29,568 nt of DNA from a candidate division FCPU426 bacterium. Lineage in GTDB: Bacteria; Oederibacteriota; Muellerivitia; Muellerivitales; Muellerivitaceae. Within the stretch, counting starts at the first letter, position 1. The number at the start of each line of letters is the position of its first letter. The stretch spans positions 1 to 29,568 of the forward strand of contig CAWHOE010000001.1 of NCBI GenBank assembly GCA_963830915.1. Direction: 5' to 3'. Positions 8,631 through 17,688 of the stretch are shown here, in pieces. The position numbers were made by a program, and so were the translations under genes. The notes beneath the pieces are model-generated. The model had not been told where the DNA came from and did no database searches. It saw nothing but the letters and a program-made list of their open reading frames with translations.

Positions 8631-10250
8631 TTAGGTCGCCCAAACTGGTTCGGGCGCAGGCGCGGGGACCGGGGTTTGGAGCCGAAGGTCTCCCTCCCTT
8701 TCCAGCTTTTCCACGTCCTTCGCCAGCCTCTCCAAAATGACATCACGGAATTTCTGGAAATGCAGGTATAGGGCCATAAGCGATATGGCGTCCCGTATGG
8801 CCTTGGGATTCTTCATCAGGATCAGGCCGAACACCCGCCAGTAATGGTAGCCCGTGACCGGCCTGGACATCATGCGCATGGACAGTTTGAACAGGGCCTG
8901 CAGGTCTTTGTAGAGGTTCCAGGGGTTGAAATGCTGGCGCCGTTTATCCGCGTTGAGCATCAGGGTGCTTCGAAGGACCCGGCTGAAGTAGTTCCGGGGT
9001 TTTAGGATCTCCCGTACCACCCTGCCGTAATCCCGAAGGATGTCCAGGCGGGGCCGGGAAGTGATGAAATTCAGCCCGCTGACGCATTGGTCGCCGGTGG
9101 CGTCCATGGGGGTCTCGAACCCCTCGTCCAAACGCCCCTCCGTTTTCAGACGGCGGGTGAGCTGGGTGTTGGGGACGGCCATCAATAGGCCCACCATGTT
9201 GACCGCGATGTTGGTGGCCTCGATATTGTCGATGATCCTCTGGGCCACGTCGCCCTCCTCCCCGTCGAATCCCACGATATAGCCCGCCGTCACGATCATG
9301 CCGTGCCGGTTGACCTTGTGGATGCTTTCGGCGATGGAACGCTTGGTGTTCTGGTGTTTCTTGGTCAAAAGCAGGGTGGCCACGTCGGGGGTCTCGATGC
9401 CCGTGAAGATCCAGGTAAAGCCAGCTTCTTCCATCAATCCCATCAATTCATCATCGTCGGCGATGTTCATGGAGGCCTCGGTGCTGAAATCGAAGGGCCA
9501 ATCCCGTTTTTTCTGCCACTCGATGAGGGCGGGCAGCAGGACCTTGACGGCCTTTTTGTTGCCGATGAAGTTGTCGTCCACGATCTCCACCTGACCCCGA
9601 TAACCCAGGTCATAGAGGGTCTGGAGCTCGGTTTCCAATTGCTCAACGGATTTGCCACGGGGAACACGCCCGAATAGCTCGATGATGTCGCAGAACTCGC
9701 ACATAAAGGGACAACCCCGGTTCCACTGGATGCTCTGATTGAGGTAATTGGAGAATTTCAGCAACTCGAACCGGGGCGTGGGGGAGGTTTTCATGTCGGC
9801 TTTTCGCTCACCGGGTTCGTAACGGTGTCGGGCCATTCCCTGGGAAAAATCAGAGAGGAACTCCGGCAGGGTCACCTCAGCCTCTCCCAGGATCTGGTGG
9901 TCGGCCTGGTCGTAAAGGTGGGGGCTGGAGGTGGCGTCCGGCCCGCCGGTGATGACGGTCTTGCGCAAGGCCCTGAAATAGTCGATGAGGCGCAGGTGTT
10001 CCTTTTGCTGGAATATCTGCCCGCCGATGAAGATCAGGTCGGCCCACTCCACATCCTTGAGCTTGAGTTCCTCCACGTTCAGGTCGTTCAGGCGCACGTC
10101 CCAATCCTTGGGAAGCATGGCCGCCACGGTCAAAAGTCCCAGGGGAGCCTCGGGATACTTGGCGCCGACCAGCTCGCAGGCTTCCCGGAAATTCCAGAAG
10201 GATTCGGAAGTGAAACGGGGATAGACGAACAAACATTTTTGAGGGGTCAT
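8631..10250 (-). CDS. B12-binding radical SAM protein (DUF4070-type C-terminus)
   Basis: PLGLLTVAAMLP and GGP in the cobalamin-binding domain; RGCPFMCEFC (CxxxCxxC); VDDNFIGN; GIETP. Confidence 0.92.
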   Translation of the reverse strand: MTPQKCLFVYPRFTSESFWNFREACELVGAKYPEAPLGLLTVAAMLPKDWDVRLNDLNVEELKLKDVEWADLIFIGGQIFQQKEHLRLIDYFRALRKTVITGGPDATSSPHLYDQADHQILGEAEVTLPEFLSDFSQGMARHRYEPGERKADMKTSPTPRFELLKFSNYLNQSIQWNRGCPFMCEFCDIIELFGRVPRGKSVEQLETELQTLYDLGYRGQVEIVDDNFIGNKKAVKVLLPALIEWQKKRDWPFDFSTEASMNIADDDELMGLMEEAGFTWIFTGIETPDVATLLLTKKHQNTKRSIAESIHKVNRHGMIVTAGYIVGFDGEEGDVAQRIIDNIEATNIAVNMVGLLMAVPNTQLTRRLKTEGRLDEGFETPMDATGDQCVSGLNFITSRPRLDILRDYGRVVREILKPRNYFSRVLRSTLMLNADKRRQHFNPWNLYKDLQALFKLSMRMMSRPVTGYHYWRVFGLILMKNPKAIRDAISLMALYLHFQKFRDVILERLAKDVEKLEREGDLRLQTPVPAPAPEPVWAT

Positions 10251-10538
10251 GGCTTGTCCTTTTGAGAGGGCTGGAGGGACGAAAAGGACCTGGCCTGGAC
10301 TGCCGATGGATCAGAACTCTGCAACCGACTTTTTAATTTAACTTCCTCCGCATAGTAGTGAATCCTTCAGGTGGAAAGATAGGAGTTCTCGAAAAATTAA
10401 CCGATCAAAATGGGACGACCCTTTAACCGAGGGGCCATTTGAATGAGGAGCTATCATTTTGATAGAGATGGCCGGTTGGAAAATAGAATTCGGAAAAAAT
10501 CAGGACGCGAATGAGAAATTACTAAAACCTCAGTTGGT

Positions 10539-11231
10539 TTAGGGCGAGGATGACGACGTGTCAATATTGTTCGGCGCCAGGACGATCCTCATCTCATAGG
10601 ACTTATTGTCCCGGCGGCCATCGACCGTATCCCCTGAATTGTCGGAAAGGGTTCCCTCGTTCTTACCCACCAGTAGTGTGTTACCCTCGACCTTCAGTTT
10701 CCCGTCCCACCGGTCGCCCAGGGCTATCTCCCCGACTTTCTTGATCAGGAAACGCTCCGGACCCCATTTGATGGAATTTTTACTCCAATCCACAAGAAGG
10801 GAATGATCCTTCACCAGGGTCACCAGCATTAGGTTCCTGAACAGGCCCGATCCTCCCCCCGAGGAGCTGGTCAAAAGAACAATGACGTTGTCCTTGGTCT
10901 TGCCGATGTACTCATACCCGAATATCGTGGGATCCTCCCCCGCCTGGGCCGGGTCGTTGGTGACGGAAACCAGATCGCGGCCGTCCCGCGTTTTTCTCAC
11001 ATCGACCTTACCGAAATATCGATTACTTTCCTGGGAATCCGCCAGGTTGATGGCCACCACCTGGTCCCCGTGGTCGCTTTCCCAGGTCGAAAGGTCCTGG
11101 ATGATCTTGGGGGATACATAAGGGGCATGGTCGAAACCGCAGGGAAGGGCGGCAGGACCGCCGAAGGAGGCCGTTGAGACGGCCCCCATCAGCCCGGAGG
11201 TCAAAAGTATAAGCTTGATCGTTCTTCGCGT
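10539..11231 (-). CDS. Hypothetical secreted protein; start uncertain (ACG at 11231 or ATG near 11192)
   Basis: Long open frame; signal-peptide-like RRTIKLILLTSGLMGAVSTASFG behind a GGGAGGG Shine-Dalgarno. The track start at 11336 overlaps the upstream gene. Confidence 0.7.
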   Translation of the reverse strand, partial: TRRTIKLILLTSGLMGAVSTASFGGPAALPCGFDHAPYVSPKIIQDLSTWESDHGDQVVAINLADSQESNRYFGKVDVRKTRDGRDLVSVTNDPAQAGEDPTIFGYEYIGKTKDNVIVLLTSSSGGGSGLFRNLMLVTLVKDHSLLVDWSKNSIKWGPERFLIKKVGEIALGDRWDGKLKVEGNTLLVGKNEGTLSDNSGDTVDGRRDNKSYEMRIVLAPNNIDTSSSSP

Positions 11232-11251
11232 GGTCGACCCTCCCTCGCGGC

Positions 11252-11989
11252 TCAATTTTGACTCTTTAACATGAAGTTCCCATCCTGATCGTAGGTCATC
11301 TTGGTGCCGTCCTGCTGGGTCAGGATGATGCGCCAAGCCTTGCCTACCGCGTCATTCAGGAATTGGACATTGGTCACGTTGGCGCAAAGCAACACATGGC
11401 TCAGGGTGTGGTTCTCGGTGGTGTCATAGAGGTAAGCCTTGTGCTGGGGTCCGGAGATCTTGATCATCCGGCTCTTGGCTTGGTCGTATTGACGGGAATC
11501 GTCCTCGTCCGGGTCAACGCTGTCGGCCGCCGGGGCCACGGTGGCCGTGTCTCCGGTGGTGGTAGTCTGGGTGGTCGTGGTGACGTTCATCTGGGTGTTG
11601 ACCTGCGCGTTTCCCATCTGGGCCTGGATGGAAAGGATCAACTGGGCCAGTTGGGCGTTTCCTGGTTGGAGGGTGGAGGCCTTCATGTAATAGACCAGGG
11701 CGTCGTTCTTGTCCCCCAGGGCGTAAAAGCAATTGCCTGCCAACTGATAGGCGGCCTCATAGGCAGGGTTCAGCTGGATGGCGGCGTTCAGGTAGGTGAT
11801 GGCCTGGCTATATTGCTGGGCCTGGTAGCTGTTATAGCCGGCGGCGTAATACTGCTCGGGCGTGTAGCCGTCCGCGTGGGCCAGGGCCGTCCCGGCCGCC
11901 ATGAAAAGGACCGCCAAAACCGTTTGGCGCCATCCTTTCCCGTCCTTCCATTCCGATATCGTTTTTAACATCCCTTTGAGCTTATTCAT
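11252..11989 (-). CDS. Secreted TPR-containing protein with Thr-rich linker
   Basis: AAGGAG Shine-Dalgarno before the ATG at 11989; signal-like LAVLFMAAGTALAHA; two TPRs (AITYLNAAIQLNP, ALVYYMKASTLQP); TTTTQTTTT linker. Confidence 0.8.
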   Translation of the reverse strand: MNKLKGMLKTISEWKDGKGWRQTVLAVLFMAAGTALAHADGYTPEQYYAAGYNSYQAQQYSQAITYLNAAIQLNPAYEAAYQLAGNCFYALGDKNDALVYYMKASTLQPGNAQLAQLILSIQAQMGNAQVNTQMNVTTTTQTTTTGDTATVAPAADSVDPDEDDSRQYDQAKSRMIKISGPQHKAYLYDTTENHTLSHVLLCANVTNVQFLNDAVGKAWRIILTQQDGTKMTYDQDGNFMLKSQN

Positions 11990-12098
11990 CTTCTTTCTCC
12001 TTTTCCTTGGTTTGGCCTTCCCTTGCGGGAGGGCTATTTGCCCCTTCGTGATTAAGACGTAGGAAGGCGTGAAAGGGTTGCGAATAAAGTAATTAAAA

Positions 12099-12167
12099 GT
12101 GCATAATATGCACATACAAAATATATCAAGAAAAAGCCATGTGTCAAGGTGCGGAATTTACACATGG
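12099..12167. promoter_or_regulatory. Candidate operator palindromes between divergent genes
   Basis: GTGCATA-A-TATGCAC (12099-12113); an 11/15 related copy GTGCGGAATTTACAC (12149-12163); CCATGTGT-N15-ACACATGG (12137-12167). Confidence 0.55.
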
Positions 12168-12219
12168 AAAAGGCCGATTTTTGTAGAATGGCCCTGGTCA
12201 TAAGAACGGGAGAAATGGG

Positions 12220-13440
12220 ATGAAAAAGGACTCCGCTGACGCCATAGCGGCCAAGATCAAGGGATACCGCCAATTGCTCAGGCTTTCCCAATCCTTCGTG
12301 GGGGAAAAGGTACTGGGGGTGGACCGGACGACCTATACCCGCATGGAGAACGGGAAGATCGAGTTCTCCGCCGATGACCTCAAGGACCTGTCGAACCTGT
12401 TCCGGGTTTCGGCCGGGGACTTCCTCATCCCCAATCGTTCCCACTCGGTAGAGGCCGGGAATCGGAAGGGAAAGGACGAATTCTTGCTGGCGGGTGAATT
12501 CCGATCGAGGAACGAGACAGCCTTTTCATCCGTTCAATTCGGCGCCAAGGACTTGGTTCTCTTCGCGGCTGATAAAAACAGCCGGAAATACGTCCAACAG
12601 CGGCAAAAGAACGCCGCCAAGAGTATGGCCCGCTTCAAGACCGTGGAAGAAGCCCTGCGGGCTTGTAAGAAACGCCGGTTAGCCTATCTATCAGGTTCTT
12701 CCTTGCTCATCGATAAGTTCATCATCGAGGAGTTCGGGCTTTGGATCTCCTGGAATCCCCTGGGGCCTTTTTCCTCTATCTATCTGGAACAAGGGATGAT
12801 GGTCACTTCGGAGTTGGAACTGCCCCTCCCTATGATCGCCGTGAATTCCGAGCATTCCCTCGAACGGCAGCGCTTGAGCGCGGCCCATGGGTTAGCCCAT
12901 CATTTGCTGGGCAAGGATGGGAAGATCGGCTGTCCGACCCTGGCGGGGGCCGACCAGCGGGAAAAGGAAGCGGACCGGTTCGCCAGGGACCTGTTGATGG
13001 ATGAGGAAACGGTATTGGAATTATTCCAGATCGCCAAAGGGAACGGATCGGCTAACGCGGCCTTGATGACCGCCCATAAGCTCCAGGTGTCCTATCCCGC
13101 TTTAGTGGGTAAGCTGGCATCCCTGGGAGTCGTCACGACCGAAGAGAAAAAGGAATTACTGGCGTTCAAAAGCCGGGGTCAGCAGAAAAGGACGGCGGGC
13201 ACCCAGCCTTTCGAGGATTCCTACATCCGGCAGGACGAGGCCCATTTGGGAAAGAAGACCATCTATCAGACCGACCCCGATTGCGGCGGCCCCAAGGGCC
13301 CGCAGGACTTAAGGTATCTCCAGGAAAGTTCTTATGTGGAATATTTGAAGTTCTGTAAGACCAAGCCCCCGGTGGAATTGTCGGTGGTCTTTGAGCGCGT
13401 GGCGGACTACGTGAGGAAGAAATACCCTAAATATTTATAA
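12220..13440 (+). CDS. XRE-family HTH regulator fused to an ImmA/IrrE (peptidase M78)-like domain
   Basis: N-terminal IKGYR...LSQ...LGVDRTTYTRMENGK HTH; IAVNSEHSLERQRLSAAHGLAH and EKEADRFARDLLM match the ImmA/IrrE pattern. Confidence 0.85.
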   Translation: MKKDSADAIAAKIKGYRQLLRLSQSFVGEKVLGVDRTTYTRMENGKIEFSADDLKDLSNLFRVSAGDFLIPNRSHSVEAGNRKGKDEFLLAGEFRSRNETAFSSVQFGAKDLVLFAADKNSRKYVQQRQKNAAKSMARFKTVEEALRACKKRRLAYLSGSSLLIDKFIIEEFGLWISWNPLGPFSSIYLEQGMMVTSELELPLPMIAVNSEHSLERQRLSAAHGLAHHLLGKDGKIGCPTLAGADQREKEADRFARDLLMDEETVLELFQIAKGNGSANAALMTAHKLQVSYPALVGKLASLGVVTTEEKKELLAFKSRGQQKRTAGTQPFEDSYIRQDEAHLGKKTIYQTDPDCGGPKGPQDLRYLQESSYVEYLKFCKTKPPVELSVVFERVADYVRKKYPKYL

Positions 13441-13446
13441 CGAATT

Positions 13447-15310
13447 TTATTTCACCTCGACCCTGAAAAGCGGGATGGTTTTCTTCGACCACTTGGTCTC
13501 GAATTCCACCTGCTCGACGGCCAGTCCCAAACCCTTCAGATAGGCGGCCGCCTCGTCGTCTTCCAGGACGGCGGGGGTGAACCCGATCTGGCCCGCCCCA
13601 GCGATGGCCTGTATCTTGGCCGCCAGATTGACCGTATTGCCGAAATAATCGATGTTGCTGTTCAGATTGACCGCCAGGCAGGACCCGGTATTGAGGGTAA
13701 TGCGCAGGCGTAGCCGAGTGGCTGGGTTATGGCCGTTGAAATATTTCTGCATCTCCACCGCCGCTTTCAAAGCGTCCAGGGGTCTCACGAAAGCGGCCAT
13801 GACCGCGTCCCCAATGGTCTTCACTACCGCCCCGTCGTGAGCCTTCACAGCCTCGTAGGTTCTCAAGAAATGCTGTCGCACCTCGGTGAAGGCCACCGTG
13901 TCCCCCTCTTTCTCGTAGAACTGGGTGGAACCCACCAGGTCGGTGAAAAGGATGGTCTGAACGCCGATCTCCAGTTTCAAGTCAGCCGCCAAAGCCTCCT
14001 GAGAGAAAAGATCACGAAAACCCTGGAAAGTGAAAAGGTCGACCGGCCTCAGGGTGTCCAGGTCCTGGCGGTTCTCCTCCAATACAAAGGTCTTGGCTTC
14101 CGCCGCCGTATTGCGAAGCACGACGGTAGGGAAGTGTCGGGCCTTTAGACTCTCCTGGGCCAGGGTGTCGGGCCAGACCACGTTCGTTTCCTCCCACTGG
14201 TTCTCCAAATCCAGAAGGTTGTAATCCATGGAGCCTTGTATCCTCATGCGGTACCGGCCATCGCTCAACAAGGTGGGAAGGGATATCTCGTCCCCGGGTT
14301 TCAAGGTTTTCTGGATGCGGATGTGGGGCTTGGTGGCAGGCTCGGCGGCGCAGAACAAACGCTTCTCCACCTTGCGGATGGAAGGGTTGGCGTGAAAGGT
14401 CACTTCCAAAGCGTTGGCAGCGGTTGCGTCGAAATCCACCCGGCAGACCGCGCAATGGCCCCGCCGGGGCAGGCGGCCCAGGCTTCCGATCTCTTCCCGA
14501 ACGCCCCGGCAATGGGGGCAGATCACGTCCCAGGTCAGGTTGAAAAGTCCCTCGCGGGTGGCCAGCAAGAAACCGCCCAGCAGGTCCCTTTCCTTCAGGG
14601 ACCATTCCCTGGCCAGGGGTTTGAGACGGATGCGTACCAGATCCTCCTCCGGGGCCGACCGGATGAACTCAAGTATCCTATTCGTCACCATGTTGGGAAC
14701 ACCCCCGGCCGTAAGATTTTGCCGGGCCTTATCGATCTTTTGATGGACCTCGGGTGGTAATACCACAGGAACCTGGTCGCGGCGCTTTCTGTTGTTTTTG
14801 CATATAGGGGATGATCGCGTCGAAAGCTTTCTGATACTTTTCCCGCAGGCCCTTGAAGAAGATCCCGGCGACGAACTTGCCCCAGGCGTTGGCGGGGATG
14901 GCCCCGAAATAGACGGTCAGTCGGAGCCGGTTTTCACCCGCAGGCTCGGCGATGTAGCGCGCGCGGAAGACCTTGAAGTAGCCCTTGGAGTAGAGCCTGG
15001 CGTGGGCGATGGACCGCCCGAATTCCCATTCCCAGGGCAGTTCTTCCCAGGCCAAAAGACCGGCCTGGGTCTTGGCGGTCCCGTAGGCCTTACCGTCCTT
15101 CTCCGTGAACCTCATTTGGGAAAGGCCGATGCGTTTATTGAAGGAAAACACGTCCGATAGGTAAGGCCAAAGCTTCTCAGGGGTGGTGGCTAGGTCGTGG
15201 GTCCAGATATAGTCGCGGGTCGGCCCCAGTTTGGCCCAATCCGCGGGCCAGGGATAGCGCTTGAGGAACTCGGCAAGCGTTGGAACAGGCGATAGCGTAG
15301 GATCAGTCAT
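13447..15310 (-). CDS. Soluble class III adenylate/guanylate cyclase (SRPBCC-like N-terminus, Cys-rich DUF5939-like middle), split by a +1 frameshift near 14770-14790
   Basis: TPEKLWPYLSD...WEELPWEW N-domain; WDVICPHCRG...CAVC; LFTDLVGSTQFY, VVKTIGDAVMAAF, DYFGNTVNLAAKIQ. The two ORFs overlap and are offset by one base. Confidence 0.85.
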
Positions 15311-15392
15311 TTTCTCCCCTTGGATTGAATTCGATGGCTGATTGTAGGGGAGGGGTTGGGCAAAAAACGAGGGGGGCTAGGGATTAGGTAGG

Positions 15393-15825
15393 CCGAGCTA
15401 GGGGTCTTAGGAGCCCTTAACTCGGATCAGGAGGGTGAATTAGTGAAAATTCCACTAATTCAAATAAGGGAATTTGGGACCTGCCAGGATTTGGAGGGTT
15501 AATTACTAGGATTCCTAGTAATTCAAATAAGGGATTTTGCCCCTTTTGGGGGTGGAGGCCCCCCCAGATGTTCGAAATTGGAAGGTAGAGCGGGTCCTCA
15601 GGTTATTACCCCCGCCTAGACCCGAAAACGGAGGGCTGAATTGTCGGAGACTCCGACAATTCAAATAAGGGAATTTGGCCCTTTTCCTAAAGACCCCTGA
15701 AATAATGGTTTTTAGTGTCCGACACTCGGACACTAAAAAATAAGGGAATTCGGTTCCTGTAGGGTAGAGATGCCACCCGATTGTCCGAAATTGGAAGGTT
15801 GATCACCACCAGGCTTTGGTTCAAC
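15393..15825. repeat. Array of hairpin units with conserved flanks and different palindromic cores
   Basis: AATTCAAATAAGGGA(A/T)TTTG at 15457, 15520 and 15658, and a variant near 15735, each directly preceded by a palindrome; CGAAATTGGAAGGT occurs twice. Confidence 0.8.
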
Positions 15826-15968
15826 TGTCTTGAAGCAACGCATCTGCTCGCCCATACTTGCCTCCTGATGGGCTTTACAGCCCTCTCTGGGAGACGGAAA
15901 TTTTTGGTAAGCTAGGACATAAAAACCGGAAAGACTTTTGTTACACACCACACCTTTGTTGGAGATTA

Positions 15969-16541
15969 ATGATGGGTTTGCGAAAATCATTTCTTGGGAT
16001 TATAGGTATTTTAGGATTTATTACCTTATTCGCTTTTATTAATACTTTAGGTTTTACAGATGAATTGTCCAATAATTCTAATAGTACACAAATTGTAGTA
16101 ACTGTAACTCCCAAGCCGACACGAACCCGAGAGGAAAAAGAAAAATACTTACATAATAAGTATGATAATTTTAAATCAATACAAGCTTATGGCGCAGAAC
16201 AAGAGATGGACGATATAAAAAATAATACAGTTGAAGGACATTCATTTAATTTCAAGATTAATCATGGATTAAAACCAGACCCACCAACTAATTTTAAAAT
16301 AACACCTGGAAATGGCATTGCAATGCTTTCTTGGGATTTTATGCCTAGAGCTAAGGCATACATTGTTCTTCTTTCCATGGATGGTGTTAACTTTAGAAGA
16401 TATACACATAGACCGATTCAACCTAATTACATAAATATAGGGATGCTAGAAAACGGAAAAAAATATTATTTTGGCGTTTATTCCATTGGGGATGGTGGCG
16501 ATAGTAAGAAATCAATCCAATCAGTTGTTCCTGAAAAATAG
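15969..16541 (+). CDS. AT-rich exported or membrane-anchored protein with C-terminal fibronectin type III domain
   Basis: GGAG before ATG ATG at 15969; hydrophobic N-terminus; PDPPTNFKITPGNGIAMLSW...Y...LENGKKYYFGVYS...S FN3 pattern; visibly AT-rich. Confidence 0.78.
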   Translation: MMGLRKSFLGIIGILGFITLFAFINTLGFTDELSNNSNSTQIVVTVTPKPTRTREEKEKYLHNKYDNFKSIQAYGAEQEMDDIKNNTVEGHSFNFKINHGLKPDPPTNFKITPGNGIAMLSWDFMPRAKAYIVLLSMDGVNFRRYTHRPIQPNYINIGMLENGKKYYFGVYSIGDGGDSKKSIQSVVPEK

Positions 16542-16797
16542 TACACAGAATGAATTAACGGAGGGCCGTTAATTTTAGTGTACACAAAATATCTTCCTGA
16601 ATATTTGGTACCAACATGAAATGTTTCCTGGCCTGCTTCATTGAAAAGTTGAAACTTTTCCAACGTCTTATGGAAAGCTTGTCATCCTTCCTGCGGTTTT
16701 TACCTAGTTGTTTTATCTCCTTGCACCTCTATTTCCATGCTCTTGCATGCTAGTCAATAAATGCCCCTAGCTCGCCCTTTTCTTGTAGCCTCCTTAA

Positions 16798-16830
16798 ATC
16801 CATATTTGAAGCCCTTTTCATGGGTTGCTA
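16798..16830. repeat. 33-bp direct repeat, left copy
   Basis: ATCCATATTTGAAGCCCTTTTCATGGGTTGCTA; 32/33 identical to 18462-18494. Confidence 0.9.
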
Positions 16831-17688
16831 CGTAAAAAAAGGTTTTAAGAAAGTCCTTATTATTTTACCCAATCTTTTCAAAGGTATTAGCTTTCCGGGT
16901 AAAGCGGTTCTTTTCCAAAAAGCGTTCCATTGTATCGTTACCTTTGGGTCCGTGAAGAACTCCTCGGTTAAGCCAACCGGCCATCCGGAAGGAAGCTCCG
17001 TTTTGCGGCGTTTAAACGTAGCTTGGATAGCCTTTGAAAGCCGTTTGTTTGAAAAATCAAAATGCTGAGAAAGAAACCAAATATCGTAATAATCCTTCAT
17101 TCGGCTATTGTTCATTCCGTGGATAACCATCGCGTGGAGTTTTTCCGCCACCACCAATTCCTTGGCGTAAGCCAGAACGTTGGGCGACGGGAATTCAAGC
17201 AAGGCGGGATATTTTGTCCGAACAGGCTTGGGTATCACCAAGTCCCCGAAGCCAACATCCACTTGTAAGGGAATCCTGGCGTTTCCCAACTTGGCCAGGA
17301 CATGAAGGCGTACTCCGTGATAAGCCTGTCCTTCCCGGATAGGCGCCCAACGAAGTGATTTACTTTCAAAGATCAATCCGTCGTCAGGAACTTTCGATCC
17401 CAGAACTTCGTGGATAGCTTGGATCACTTTTGCGGCCTCGTGGTTATTGGAATCCAACAGGTCCAAGTCACGGGTCATTCGATGAATGTCGGGAGACCAT
17501 ATTTGGAACAACATCGCCCCTTTCAAGATGAACCGTTTCCGATGGGTCGAAATCCCCAGCCGGTATAAGAACCTTTCCAAAGCGTACCGGGTAAGGATGT
17601 ACTGGAAATCCTCGCCACGGGCTTTAGCGATGTTCAACAAACGCCGATGAACGGATACGGGGATATTTTTGATCCTTGTTTTGGTCAT
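16828..17688 (-). CDS. abiEii: AbiEii/AbiGii nucleotidyltransferase toxin (type IV TA)
   Basis: YALERFLYRL, FILKGAML, RMTRDLDLL, QVDVGFGD, AEKLHAM...NSRMKDYYDI; the ATG at 17688 overlaps the antitoxin stop (ATGA). Confidence 0.93.
   Translation of the reverse strand: MTKTRIKNIPVSVHRRLLNIAKARGEDFQYILTRYALERFLYRLGISTHRKRFILKGAMLFQIWSPDIHRMTRDLDLLDSNNHEAAKVIQAIHEVLGSKVPDDGLIFESKSLRWAPIREGQAYHGVRLHVLAKLGNARIPLQVDVGFGDLVIPKPVRTKYPALLEFPSPNVLAYAKELVVAEKLHAMVIHGMNNSRMKDYYDIWFLSQHFDFSNKRLSKAIQATFKRRKTELPSGWPVGLTEEFFTDPKVTIQWNAFWKRTALPGKLIPLKRLGKIIRTFLKPFFT

Noticed and set aside
8606..8635. Terminator between the convergent NYN and radical SAM genes
   Set aside because: There is an imperfect palindrome centred on CCTAGG but no U-tract on either strand.
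10251..10538. Cobalamin riboswitch upstream of the B12 radical SAM gene
   Set aside because: No B12-box or other consensus was recognisable by eye; an Rfam scan would settle it.
15393..15825. CRISPR array
   Set aside because: Spacing is irregular, the variable cores are only 15 nt and palindromic, the constant part is not a hairpin, and there are no cas genes in the window.
15515..15990. Short minus-strand ORFs (72 and 85 aa) over the array region
   Set aside because: No recognisable motif or ribosome-binding site; they simply read through the repeats.
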